Source: Vicugna vicugna (taxonomy: Eukaryota). Taken from it: a stretch of 64,000 nucleotides of DNA. The translations under genes and the position numbers were made by a program. Location: assembly GCA_013265495.1 (NCBI GenBank), contig MU060667.1, forward strand, positions 372,001 through 436,000. The letters run 5' to 3'. Under the pieces are notes generated by a model, which had not been told where the DNA came from, did not search any database, and was given only the letters and a program-made list of their open reading frames with translations. The first letter of the stretch is position 1. Every line of letters begins with the position of its first letter. Of this stretch, positions 1 through 12,189 are shown in pieces.

Positions 1-769
1 CCCAAAAACTTTTGATTAATTTAGTATCAGCTGACTATGGACTTTATCCCATCTGCAGGATTCCTTCACGCAGCACCTAAATCAGTGTGTGGTTGAACAA
101 TTGGGAGAAGATGTGTATATGTTACCAAGTGGCCATGCCCTCTTCTGTGCTTGGAGAGAATATTCCTTATGGCCCAGGGTGATAAGAAGCAAACCATAAA
201 AGGCATTCTGGGAATTGTGGCCCAGCCTGGCCAGGCAGGGCTGGCACAAAGCCTGCATGGTAGGGGCCGGGTGTCCCAGCCCTCAGAGACTTAGCTCAGG
301 CCCTACCTGAGGCACAGCTTCTAACACCTGCACCATCGCTTGCACAGTTCCCCATCCTTTGGGATGTGCCTACTGCCCTGGCCTCGTGTTTTGTAAAATA
401 GCTTCCAAGGTGGCAAGACTTTGTCCACAAGGGTGGAGCCCAGCCTGAAAAATGCTAGCAGGTGAGACTGAGGCAGGAGGATGCCCGGGGAGGGTCAGGC
501 TGGCTCAGAGCACGTGGGGGGAGGAGCACCCTTCCAAGCTGGGGCACCGCCAAGGGTGAGGATTTCCCTCTGGGCCCCGGGGTTTTCACCTGGACAATGA
601 AGTGTGGGAATCCATGATCCTTAAGGACAAGAGAGAAGATTCTTGGAGCTTCTGAATTAAAAACACCCGATCAGGTCCCGAAGAGTGAGAATTTTAGTGG
701 CATTTGACAGCTCTGTGTAGCACTTGGTGCCAGAAGGAAATGGAGCGGTGGCGTCAGCTCGCTGGAGCA

Positions 770-1610
770 AATTTACCTTCAATCTAGAATTCTTTACCCA
801 GCCAAATGGTAGCTTAAATGTGAGGGTAGAACAGAATTATCATCAGCCTTGAAAACCTCAGAAAATCCAGTTCGCATCCACCCTCTTCAAGGACACTATT
901 AGAGGGTGTACTTTAGCAAAAGAAAGTTCTCCACTGATAATGAGGAGGCCGTGGGAGAGGGGTCTTGAAGCAGAGGAGCGGGGCAGAGGGGACCCAGCTG
1001 GCAAGACACCTGGGGATGCCCAGTCCAGGTACAAAGGTGCTGTTAGAACTGGGCTTGAGTTTGAAAAAAAACTATCGACCAGCACGAGTGACAGGCCTGT
1101 GGAGCATGTGAAAAGAGAAAGAGCAATAAGCCCTCAGAAAATGAAGCCACTGAAGAAGCACGTCAGTTATTAAAGAAGAAAAGATGTTCAAAGAAAGAAA
1201 CAAAATCACGCTCTGCCGCAAATAATATTTATATGATTATAATGATGTGAATAAACACTGTTGACTTAACTCGGAGTAACGATATAATTATATGAAGGAG
1301 GTGGGGAAACGAAACGCTTCAGGGTGGAAGGGAGCTAAAGACTCAGCTGTCCTAGTAGGAAATCAGCACGTAATGCTGAGATGGATCAATCAAGAACCTA
1401 GATCGAAGCATCTCATTAACAATTAGGTTGTCAGCACCATGAGAAGCAGTTAAGAGAGTCAAGAGCAGTTGCCTTGTGAGGGGAAGGGCTGGAGGTTAAG
1501 GGACTTTTGTGTAAGCCTTTCAGTAACAGTTGATTTCAAAACTGTATGCATATATAATTTTGGTGGAAGATAAAATTAATTCTAAAACAATGAAATTAAT
1601 CAAAATTTTA
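770..1610 (+). mobile_element. Old L1M(E)-type LINE fragments (ORF1-like and 3' region)
   Basis: A-rich degenerate sequence resembling recalled ancient L1 consensus. No intact ORF. Confidence 0.45.
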
Positions 1611-2424
1611 AAAGTTGAGGAAATGAAAACTGATGAACTCCATATTGTGGGAGGTTGGCCATGACAATACCCGGTCAGGCCACCCCTCAACCTCCCCATC
1701 CTAGTACCATTCTGCCAACCTCCCCTTCTAGTGCCTGGGGAAACAGACACACAGCAGACAAGAGCTCTCTGGGAGGGGCTTTTTGATATTTTGATTGTTT
1801 TGGGCAAACAGTTGATCTGAAAGAAAAGAAAAAACTTTTCAAGAGATAAATAAATGCTTTAGTGGATGATCCCTTCCAAACACTTAAAATAATGACTCTT
1901 GGTTAAACAGTCCTGCCAGGGACTCGGATAGGTGAGAATCTGGTAGCAGATGGCTGTGTAATGTAAGTAGCAGCAACTTGTAAAGTGGCTCAGTGCACGG
2001 CTTAAAAAAAAAGCAAGCAGCTCTGTTTACAGATCAACACAGCGATGGGACTGAGTTCAGGAACTTCACATCATACAGGCACTAAATGGGCAGGCAAATA
2101 CACTGCCATGGGCTCAGTAACTGTCAGCGCTGTGCGTACACAGCTAGCTGCCATCATCACAGAGCAAGTAAGTGAAGGTTGCGGGTTGCTAGCTATGCAA
2201 ACAGTTATCCTTGAGAGAGGCTGTTTGCTGGTGTTCTGTGTTTGTCTAGCTGGCCTCTCTATTTTCATAGCAGGGGCGTCTCTGAAAAGTAAATGTAACA
2301 TGAGGATGCTTGAAACCAGCAGAGGTAGCTCTCAAACACAGCCGCTAAGGAAGTTCTGCAGGTACAGTCCATCCTCATTCTTTGCAGAGTCCATATTTGT
2401 GAATTTGATGACTTGCTAAAATTA

Positions 2425-3005
2425 ACCTGTAACCCCCTAAATCAATAGTCACGGTGCTTGCTTTCGGGGTCATTTGCAGACACGAGGAGAGTGGCATAAA
2501 TCTGAGTTTCCTGATGCGCAAGTTCCCAGCTGGAGTTGAGCAAGGTGAGGCGCTGCCTTCCTGTTTCAGCTCATACCAGAAGCAAATGTACTTTTCATGA
2601 TCTGCCTAATGCCGTGATGGTCACATTTGTGTGCTTTGTGTGGGTGATTGCACTGTTTAAAGAGCCCGCCAGCATAGCGCTGAAGTGCTGTCTAGTGTTC
2701 ATAAGCACAAGAAGGCTGCGTGTGCCTCACGGAGAAAATATGTGTGTTAGATAAGCTTCATTCAGCCGTGAGTTACAGTGCTGTTGGCCATGAGTTGAAT
2801 GTGAATGAATCAACAGTATATATTGAATGAGGTGTCTTGAAACAGAAAGACTCAAGGTTCTGTATTTATTGGCTGACAAAATCGTGGTAACTAGAGGCTC
2901 ACAGGAACCTAGTCCTGTATCTACTCCTAGGAGCGATGGTTCAGTGTTCAATAACCCAAGCATTCACCGTGGCACTCTAGATCGTAACCACCTAGAAGAA
3001 TTAGA
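2425..3005 (+). mobile_element. Tigger4/MER46-type (TcMar-Tigger) DNA transposon remnant
   Basis: Contains gtgctgtctagtgttc...acggagaaaatatgtgtgttagataagcttc and agaggctcacaggaaccta...cctaggagc, matching the recalled Tigger4b consensus. Confidence 0.75.
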
Positions 3006-3251
3006 ACCAACTCTAGTCAGTTATATTTAATAACAGTCCTTGTGGTTGCCTCCCTCCCCCATGTGGAGCAAGCAACCCTAAAGTTGGGTGAACTTAATAT
3101 CACCCCTAGATCCTGGGCTGGATCCTGACTGGTCTAAGCAAATCCTTGTTACCCCATTCCTCCTGCAGTAGTGATTTGGTTCAAGAACAAAATCATGTTC
3201 TAAGTTGGTCCAACCAGAGCCAAGTTTGTCTTAAATCGGGTTCCCCAAAAG

Positions 3252-3490
3252 TAGGGTTGCCAAATACAGGACACCTAATTACATTGGAATTTCAGATAAA
3301 CAATAAATATTTTTTAATGTAAGTGCGTCCCAAATATTTCATGAGACATACACTAAAAATTAACTTGTTGTTTATGTGACTTTAAAATTTCAATGGGCTT
3401 TTATTTATTTTTATTTTGCTTTATTATTACTAATATTTATTTACATTCTAATTATTATCTGTATCTTTATTTGCTGACTCTGGCAACCCT
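3252..3490. mobile_element. MER53-type palindromic hAT MITE
   Basis: Terminal inverted repeats agggttgcca...tggcaaccct, and an internal palindrome (cagataaacaa / ttgtttat; gtcccaaatattt). Confidence 0.8.
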
Positions 3491-4107
3491 GTCTAGACGC
3501 AGACCCTGAAACAAGGATTCCCTTCCAAGGGCCTTATTAAGGGAGTACTCCTAGAAGGGTTCGGGGGGGAATGGGGGAAGCTAAGCCAGGGTGTGACTTT
3601 AGGTAAGGCCCTGCAGAAGGTAGCTGGTTCTGCAGGGAAGCTCACATGTATGTTACACTTCACCTGAAGCAAGGGAGATGGGCTTTCTGAAACTCACATT
3701 AGGCAACTCCTGGTAAAGGACTGCTCCCTAGGAATGCAGACTCTCATGTACCTCCAGTTCTTCACATGGGCCTCTCCAGTGACCCAGGGGAAGCCTCTAC
3801 AAAGAGTGTTAGGTGCAGGCAATTAAAGGCAGAGGCACATAGAATCAGTGAAAAGGATCTGGGAGGTCTGAGTAGACCACTGACAGTTCTCTCCCTAGAG
3901 CTTTTGTTCTATAGTTGGGAAGAGAGCTGCGTGTCCACCAGGACCAGTATCCTCATTTGTTACTACAGCTCTCCTGTATCTGAAATGGCAGGCAGCTGGA
4001 GTGGGGTGAAATGTTCCCCTAAATTCACTTAGCACCTCAGAATGTTGTTAAGAAATACTGAGAAAGAGAGTCTCTGTAGTTGTAATAAGTTAAGATGAGG
4101 TCATACT

Positions 4108-4681
4108 AATGGAAACAACCTAAATGTCCATCCACAGAGGACTGGATAAAGAAGTTGTGGTATATTTATGCACTGGAATACTACTCGGCCATGAAAAAGA
4201 AAAACCATGCCATTTGCAGCAACATGGATGGACCTGGAGATTGTCATTCTAAGTGCAGTAAGCCAGAAAGAGAAAGAAAAATACCATATGATATCACTCA
4301 CATGTGGAATATAAAAAACGAAAAAAGAAGACATTAATGAACTCATCTACAAAACAGAAACAGACTCACAGACATAGTAAACAATTTTATGGTTACTGGG
4401 GGGAAAGGGGTGGGAAGGGATAAATTTGGGACTTTAAGATTTAAAAATACTAACTACTATATATAAAAATAGATAAACAACAAATTTCTTCTGTATAGCA
4501 CAGGGAACTATATTCAATATCTTGTAATAACTTTAATGAAAAAATATGAAAATGAGTATATGTATGTATATGTATGATTGGGACATTATGCTGTAAACCA
4601 GAAATTGACACATTGTAACTGACTATACTTCAATTAAAAATTTGTTTTACTTTTAAATAAAATTATGAAGAACTAAAAAAG
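4108..4681 (+). mobile_element. 5'-truncated young L1 3' end with a 15-bp TSD
   Basis: TSD agatgaggtcatact (4093-4107) / agatggggtcatact (4682-4696). The L1 3'UTR ends ...gactatacttcaattaaaaa plus an A-rich tail. Confidence 0.9.
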
Positions 4682-4916
4682 AGATGGGGTCATACTGGGT
4701 TAGGGTAGGCCCTAAATCTGATGATCCTGACGTCCTGATAAGAAGAGAGTACACAGAGGGAAGATGGAGGCAGAGGTTGGAGGGGTGCAGCTACAAGCCA
4801 AGGAACCGCAAGGGTTGCTGGGAGCCACCAGTAGCTAGAAGAGGCAAGGAAGGATTTGACCCAGAGTCTAAGGGAGCACAGCCCTGCCGACAGCTGCATT
4901 TCAGACTTCTAGCCTC

Positions 4917-5070
4917 GAGGGGGCATATAGTTCAATGGTAGAGTGCATGCCTAGTATGCACAAGGTCCTGGGATCAATCCCCAGTATCTCCATGAGAAAA
5001 ATAAATAAATATTACTTCCCCCTGCATAAACAAACAAACAAACAAACAAAAAACAAATAAATATTTGCTG
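4917..5070 (+). mobile_element. tRNA-derived camelid (vic-1-like) SINE with a 16-bp TSD
   Basis: A-box tagttcaatgg, B-box ggatcaatcc and (AAAC)n tail. TSD tcagacttctagcctc at 4901-4916 and 5071-5086. Confidence 0.88.
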
Positions 5071-8000
5071 TCAGACTTCTAGCCTCCAATCTGGGAAATA
5101 ATAAAAATTAAAATATATAATATATCTGGGAGAGAATAAATCTCTGTTAATTGAAGCCACTCAGCTTGTGGTCGTTTGTTGCAGTAGCCCTAGAACACAG
5201 ACATAGCAACCAAGGATGAAGCCACATGAAATGGAAGCATCGTCGTGGAAATGCCTGCGCTCTCCAGGCCTGGACCAACCCCATCTGAAGTCAGCCCTAC
5301 TGGGAATTTCCAGTTATAGGAGCCAACGAATTTCACTTGGTTGTTTCAGCCTGGCGGAGTTGGAGATTCTCTTAGAGCTGAAAGTACCCTGACACTTTTT
5401 CTCCCAAGTACCATCTTGGGGAAGGTGCTAGAGGCAAGCACAGGAGGCATGTGCCAAGCTGCTGGTGCCAGATTCCGCGTGAGCACCAAATCAGCTCCAC
5501 CGACCCAGCGGGGGCCACTCGCTGGGGCCTCCGCCTGCCCAGGCCTGTCACGTGGGGCAAAACTCATCTTCTATCCGCTGTGAGAATCTGAGCTCACCAA
5601 GTGGTTCTGGTGCTTCCAATGGAAGAGGGACATCTTTGAGGCCTAGTTTTTTCGAGTTAAGTGGGTGACACTATGAGAAACTGAAGAGTGGTTCTGCTGT
5701 TTCATTGTTTGAAACTACAGCTGTTTCCCTGTATAACTGGCCAAAGTGACAGATCTGGGTGACCCTGGGAGACACCAGATCTGCAGAGTCCCCCAGCTTG
5801 GTGCTTCCCTCCACGCCCCCACCCCCGGCCCAGTGCTCACAGCTCCTGGTGGATCTGCAGCTTGACCAGCGGTGGCTCCATTTGATGGGGGGTGGGGGGG
5901 CAGTGGCAGGCGGGGCAGGCTCAGAACCCTTGGCCCCCACGACCCCCGTGGCCGGCCCAGGGCTCTCTGCATCAGACTCCCATGGGCACTACTTTCTGGA
6001 GTCTACTGCTTCTTTGCCTCCCAAATTCATAAGCAACATTTATCCAGAGTCTGCAGCTCACAGAGCCCTCAGCGAGCATTGCATTTTAAATGGCATCACT
6101 AAGTAGCAGCCACAAAGCGTCTTAGCAGGTAAGTAAGCTAGCGGGGTTCAGCCCTGACAGACTGCATGAATGGTGGATGAGCTGCCCCGGGAGACAGAGC
6201 AGGAGGCCCAGATCAGTCGCCTGAGACTCTTCTCCTGCCTGCAGTGCGTGCCAGGCGAGAAGTCCCCAGCGCCACATCTACGATGTCCCAGAACTTGCTC
6301 AGGGAAATACATGACGCGGGGCTCTTTTCCTCTTCCTTCTGCAGACCTGAATGTTCTGAAATATTTATACAGGACCAAGAGCAGGAGATTTCTGGGGAGG
6401 GAAGGTAAAGAGAGCTGGATTCCTGGTGTTGCAGAAATATGCCGAAACAACTGCCTGTTTGCCTGTTCCCAATTGAGGCTTTATCGGTGCTGATTTACAC
6501 ACAGAATTCTCTTTGAAGTCCACAGAATGTAATCAAGAGGTTTTCAAACTTAGAGTTTCTAAAAGTTTTCCTCTTGGAATAAAAGTGGTTTAAAGAGGCC
6601 TGGAATGTTTGGGAAGGGCAGGAGGGATGGGATTTCCTTTTGATTCTGCCGCTTAGCAACTGCACGACCTTAGGCAGGTTAATTACTCTCGCTGAATCGG
6701 TTTCCCTCTCTGTAAAGTCGGCATGATAACTCCACGTATCACTGGATTGTCGTGGAACTTGCAGGAGCTAATTAAGGAACAGCACCACTTCTGCGATTCT
6801 GATCTCTGCAGGGGCTCAGGGTCCTGAGGTGATTTCAACTTTTTCATATTTGTAACTGGGGGTCCTTGGGGTCTGGCCTTGGATTTTATTCACTCTATTC
6901 CTCTAGAGCTGCGTGAGCTCAGTGTAGGCTGTTGTCCACCTCTAAGTTAGAGAGAACCTAGAGGTCTTTTCACCCCACCTAATGCGGTGCTGCCCCTCAC
7001 ACAGGGGCATCCATCCCTGGGTAGACCACCCACCCCAGGCGGAGAGCATGGTGGCCAGGGAACCCTTTTCTCTCAGCCTGAGTTGAAAATGGCTCCCCCA
7101 CCCCCATCACTAACACCTCGATCCTCTGGAGAGGCGGTGCCAATCCCCTCTGCCACCTGCCAACTCTTCACCTCTTTGAAGACAGTCATGTGCCTCTGTG
7201 GAGAGTTCTCCCAAGTGCTGGAGTCCCCTTATCCCCTTATCCTCCTGGGAGGCCTGTGAAATGCTGGTTCCAGGCGCTAAATTTCATGCTGACAGATGCA
7301 AGTAGACAAGGGCAAATCTCCGTTTGCAGTGTCATTTAATTTCATTTCTGATGCTGAGCCGCGTTCTGTCTGATGGGTCCGAGTTTCCTTGCAAGTAAAC
7401 TGGGTCAAAATCAGTGATTTCTTAGCTACTGTGGGTTTAAAACTTCATCAGTTTAGAATCCTCCCCCGCCCCCCACCCTCAACCCCCTGCGACAAGGATG
7501 AGTTGCGGCAGGGAGAAAATATTAAATATCTTGGGCTGCATCCAAGGATTTTTACACTCCTCTGCTCCCTTCTCTTCCTCAGTTCAGAGGACTCTATCAT
7601 GATTCCCCCCTCCCTAAATGTCTCTTTGTTGACAGTCTTATTTTTGTTTAAAAAAATGCTCAGTCAACCCCCTCTTTCTGGTCACTTATGGAGCACCTAT
7701 TATGCACCAGGACTGGGCTAATGTTTCATACTCACTATTCTTACCTTCTCACAGCTCCTGCAAGACAGATGTTAGGTCCACATTGCAGGTGACAGCACTG
7801 AAGCTCAGAGAGGGGTGGCACCCTGCGCCATGGCTGGGAACGCTGTGTGGTACTCATTATGAATCTTGTGCTAGATGATGCATTCATGGAGACAGAGACC
7901 TTGCCCTGAATCCAGGGCTTGGCACAGAATAGAAGCCTGTCACTGTCTCCTTGCAAGAGGGTGTACTGAGCAAATGCAGAGGCAAGCTCAGATGGTCAAG

Positions 8001-8754
8001 AACAGGAAACCAAGGACAGCTGATGTGTCAGAGAACTGGAGCCGGAGAGTCAAGGGTAAATCCCTCTCTCTCTCTTTCTCTCCCACTTCTACCCAGCTCT
8101 GCAAGGCCACTTTATCCTCTCTACGGACCAACTTCCCCATAGTATGCGTGGTGTCTGGCTGACCACGTAGGAAGTGCTGTTCAAACCCCTCCATGTCATT
8201 CATGCAGCCCAGGTGCTCAGGGCCTCCATGCCCAGCTGACTGGCCACACTGACCTTGATTTCACCCTTGGTCAAGCTGGTTGTAGCCAAGAGATGGGGAC
8301 CTGGCAAGGGGCGTGGGCAGGCAGGAAGCAGTGGGCATTCCTACCCCCTTGCTCAGGAAAGGGCAGTTGTGTGAATCCCACTCAAGGTCGCTCACCAGTA
8401 ACTAGTGGACTGGGGACAAGTGCCAGTGCTCACACCTTTCCCTGCAACACCAGACAGCTGCCCCATGATTGCTTTTGCTGTTTTCCAGGCAGATCAGCTC
8501 TACTGGCAAATGGCCGTCTCCATTTCTGGACCTGTTGACCAAGTCCACTCCTTCCCTGTCCCCTTTGCAATGACACTTCCCTCCAAGCCCCAGGATGAAG
8601 CCCCTGTCAGGTTAAAAGTTGTTCATATGCAAATCGTTGTCTTGAAATGGCAGAATGTCGCACTCCAAGGGCTTCCAGAAAGGACAGTTCCGGGGGCTGA
8701 GTGGCAGGTTAATTCTGATCCACAAATTAATTTTGTCTCTTTGTATATCAAGGG

Positions 8755-8966
8755 NNNNNNNNNNNNNNNNNNNNNNNNNNNNNNNNNNNNNNNNNNNNNN
8801 NNNNNNNNNNNNNNNNNNNNNNNNNNNNNNNNNNNNNNNNNNNNNNNNNNNNNNNNNNNNNNNNNNNNNNNNNNNNNNNNNNNNNNNNNNNNNNNNNNNN
8901 NNNNNNNNNNNNNNNNNNNNNNNNNNNNNNNNNNNNNNNNNNNNNNNNNNNNNNNNNNNNNNNNNN
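8755..8966. other. N-run (212 nt); others at 15594-15742 (149), 29947-30118 (172), 41112-41267 (156) and 52224-52378 (155)
   Basis: Direct count of the N characters. Confidence 0.98.
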
Positions 8967-9009
8967 TTCTAAATCGGTGCTTAATTTCTAAATAGGAGGT
9001 TAACAGAAA

Positions 9010-9720
9010 TAACCTCTCCAGCTGTGGGGCTTCTGGGGGTTAGAAGAGAAACTTTAAGGCAGAACCGAATGTGGTTTTGTGCAGTTATCTGCCCCAACAA
9101 ATTCTCCCCCAGAAGTCAAGGGCTAGACTCAAAGCAGAGGCAGAAACCGTGGTGGCAGCACTTTCTGGCTGCCAGGAGTCTCTGTGGGATCCATCTGTTC
9201 GGTGTGATTGCCCGAGGCAGTGGAGAGTCTCTAGACAGAGCTGCCCTGGTGCCTGTGCTCTTGTTGCAGCAAAGTGTGTTACAGCTCAGTGTTCTCAGTG
9301 TTACAGCTCAGTTGTGACAGCAACCTGGATCCAGGCGAGACACCAAGCAGCACTCGGAGGGTTGAGAACTCAGGTTTGTTACGCCAGTGGGCCCCGAGGA
9401 GTTAACACTCCAAGCTATGGACCTCGTCTGCAGGTTTACACGGGTTTTTATAGGCTACCAGTCTAGACTTTGCAACATTTTGTAACATTATATGCAGATA
9501 AAGTATAACAAAGGTGACTAATGAAGAACAATCTTTGTAGAAATGGACCAATCAGGAGTGAGCTCCATGCAAATGAAGCCCTATAAATGGACCAATCAGG
9601 AGTTAGCTCAGGGAACCAATAGAATCTTAGGGATAAGCCCCGCTTTCTTAGAAGTAAGCCGTTTTCAGGGTATAAAAAGCGAGATAATGGCGCAGTGCCA
9701 GGGAACCGGATGGTGCCAGC
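9010..9720. mobile_element. Probable ERV LTR-like element with a CCAAT/octamer cluster and TATA boxes on both strands
   Basis: CCAAT at 9548, 9592 and 9616; ATGCAAAT at 9567; TATAAAAA at 9671 (+) and 9445-9452 (-). Family not identified. Confidence 0.5.
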
Positions 9721-10139
9721 AGGAGAGTAGTGGTCCTGCCTGGGGGTCCTGCTGGTCTTTTTCATGGGGCTTCCCACCTCAGTCTCAGGGCTGGAACTGG
9801 GATTATGTCCGTCGATCTGCACCAACCTGTCATCCAAGTGGGATTTATCCAGTCCTGCAGCCCACAGGACACAGTGGGAGAGGACAACACATCCACCCTG
9901 CCCACTGAACGTCACTGAAGGGGATGGAGAGGGACTTCATAACCCACATCCAAGGGTGAGGTGAGGAAAGTGGACTTTCTATATGAGATCTGGGGGACAA
10001 GACTGCAGAGTGAGAGAAAGCCAAAATCATTCTGACAGCTCAGAGGAAAAATGTTCCTGAAAATGGTTCACTGCAGGACTAAGGATAAAACCTCAGCAAA
10101 CTGTTTGACAGCTTCAAGAAGATACAAGGGACTGTTGCC

Positions 10140-10640
10140 GCAAAATTGAATTGATAGCAAGATTGAGACTTGGAGGCAGAATTTTTGGGAGAATCAGAAA
10201 AGAACAGCTTTATTGCTTTGCCAGGCAAAGGGAGTCACAGCAGGCTAACGCCTTCAGGACAGCAAATCCATCTTGGGGTTGGGGTCTTGAGGCTTTTATA
10301 GAAAGACTAGATGGAACAGAAAAGGTGGTAACAATCAGGGCATTTTACAGGGTGCTACATTCCTCTTAACCTCAGTGAATCCTCCTGGCATACTGGAGGA
10401 ACTCCGGAGAGTCTATCCACTCTTCTGAGATTGTCCACCCACTACCTCCTTCTTGGAGCATAGCCTCTGGGTTAAAACTATTCTCAGTAAAGAATGCATA
10501 GAGAGGGGAGAGTGTAAGGGGAAAAGTTTAGGGATTGTTTAGCACAAAAGCAGTAAGGAGAAAAAGCAAGTTGTAGGATTGCTTAGTCAGAATCAATCAG
10601 CAAATAGTTTTAGCATCAGGGAACCAGTTTGTACGTTTGT
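10140..10640 (-). mobile_element. ERV1-type solo LTR
   Basis: Minus-strand TATAAAA (10294-10300) and AATAAA (10209-10214). Shares the ctttatt.ctttgccagg.aaagg...cacag...gctaa.gcc block with the copy at 28.4 kb. Confidence 0.7.
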
Positions 10641-11039
10641 TTTCTACTCTTTCAGGACCATGGCCTTGACAAAACAAGAACCGGAACCCGGAGGTGGCGA
10701 GAAGCTATGCTGAAGGTGCAAAGGAACCAGCATGCACAAGGAAAATTAAAGTCCCCACCAGAGGCAGAAAAGAGCACAAGGGACTGGGAAAAGCTGAATT
10801 GATGGCACAGTGGAAAGATTTGGCAAGTTCTCCCAGATTGCTGGAAAAAGGGGTTAAAAATAGAAGCAAATGATAAAAATTTAAAAGCTACATATTGAGG
10901 GCAGGAAATAGATCCACTTTCACTATGAACTAGAATAGATATTCCTAAGGAAGGAAGAGGCTGCTGCTGAAATTCCATCCCAGCCCCCTCACCCGCCAAG
11001 GCAGGCCTTCCCTGCCCACCACATTCTCCACCCCCTCAC

Positions 11040-11228
11040 GCTGTTTTATTATACTCTCAAACCCTGCCTGCTGCTGCCAGGAGCTCTTGTTTATCATTTT
11101 CACTCGTTTATTGACTGTTTCTCTCATAATCTGCAAGCTCCCCGAGGGCAAGGATTTTATCTTCTTCACTGCTGTATTCCCAGTGCCTGGACCTAGGTCC
11201 TCAATAAATAGTTTTTGAATCAATGAAC
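11040..11228 (+). mobile_element. L2 LINE 3' end
   Basis: aagctcc..gagggcaaggattttatc..cttcactgctgtattcccagtgcctgg..ctcaataaata..ttgaat.aatgaa. Confidence 0.75.
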
Positions 11229-12189
11229 ATGTGGATCAAAAAGGATCAAGAAAGTTGTTTATACCCATATCTCACAAAGCTTTTGGAACTAATTTTGAAG
11301 GAAAAAAGAACTACTTAAGCCACTAGGTGGAAAAATAAGAGCTGTATCTCAAGGGAAGAGAATTGAGCTCACCACAGAGCTCTGTTCTGCTATTTCATAT
11401 GGCAGAAGGCACCTGAGCAATGGATAGGCAGTTCTCAAGGTGAAAGTTCACAGCCTGAGATGTTACACCCAGAAAGATAACCTGGCACCTGTGAAGACAA
11501 CTGAAAAATTTGCAAGAGCTCAGACCTCTAATCCATGTGCCCTGTAGAAGGTAATCAGCCAAAGACATGCCATCTAGGTCACCCCAAAACTGGGAAATCG
11601 AAGAACTTAAGAATGAGAAAGTTGTGTTTAAACACCAGGTGAGGTGTCCCCAGAAGGCTGGTCAGCTCAGCAAACCTCACTTTGCACCAGGCACATCCCT
11701 GTGGTTTCAAGAATGTGGCAGGGCTGGTGCCTCCTTCCACAATAGCCTCTGGTTAAATGTAAAGCATGAAATTTAGTTATGAGGGTGATAATCATCATCA
11801 TGGTGAGGATAATTCTGTAACAGACTGTAAAATAATCCACTGGAAACTCCCCTGGGGGCGTCTTTTACTAGCAGTTTCAGAAGTTCAATTAAAGATGATT
11901 ACAGCTACTAATAGTAACAATCATTGCTACAAACAAACAACAAAATCATTATGGTCAAAACAGTAATAATAACAATGAGAAGAAGGAGGAGGAGGAAACA
12001 GAGAACAACTAACACTGAATGAGCCTTCAATGTGCTAAGTAAGAGCTTTTTATTTTATTCTCACCATACCCTTTTTAGATCAGTGGTATCATCATTTCTT
12101 CCCATTTTATATTTGGAGAAACTGACTAGTAAGTCACAGATGTGAATTCAACTCTGAGTAGTCTGCAAAATACAAGTTCTTCCTGAGTG

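Larger units (their letters stand above)
3997..5205 (+). mobile_element. MLT1 (ERVL-MaLR) solo LTR split by an L1 and a SINE insertion
   Basis: Hallmark segments aagatgaggtcatactgg..agggtaggccctaaatc, gacttctagcctcc and aagccactcag..tgtggt..tttgtt..gcagccctag. Confidence 0.8.

Noticed and set aside
5810-5920. G/C-run cluster with G-quadruplex potential
   Set aside because: Common in GC-rich mammalian DNA, with no linked promoter or other evidence.
8405-8995. 196-aa ORF, and similar ORFs at 15.4-15.8, 29.9-30.3 and 52.0-52.7 kb
   Set aside because: Lengths are inflated by N-runs; no coding signal.
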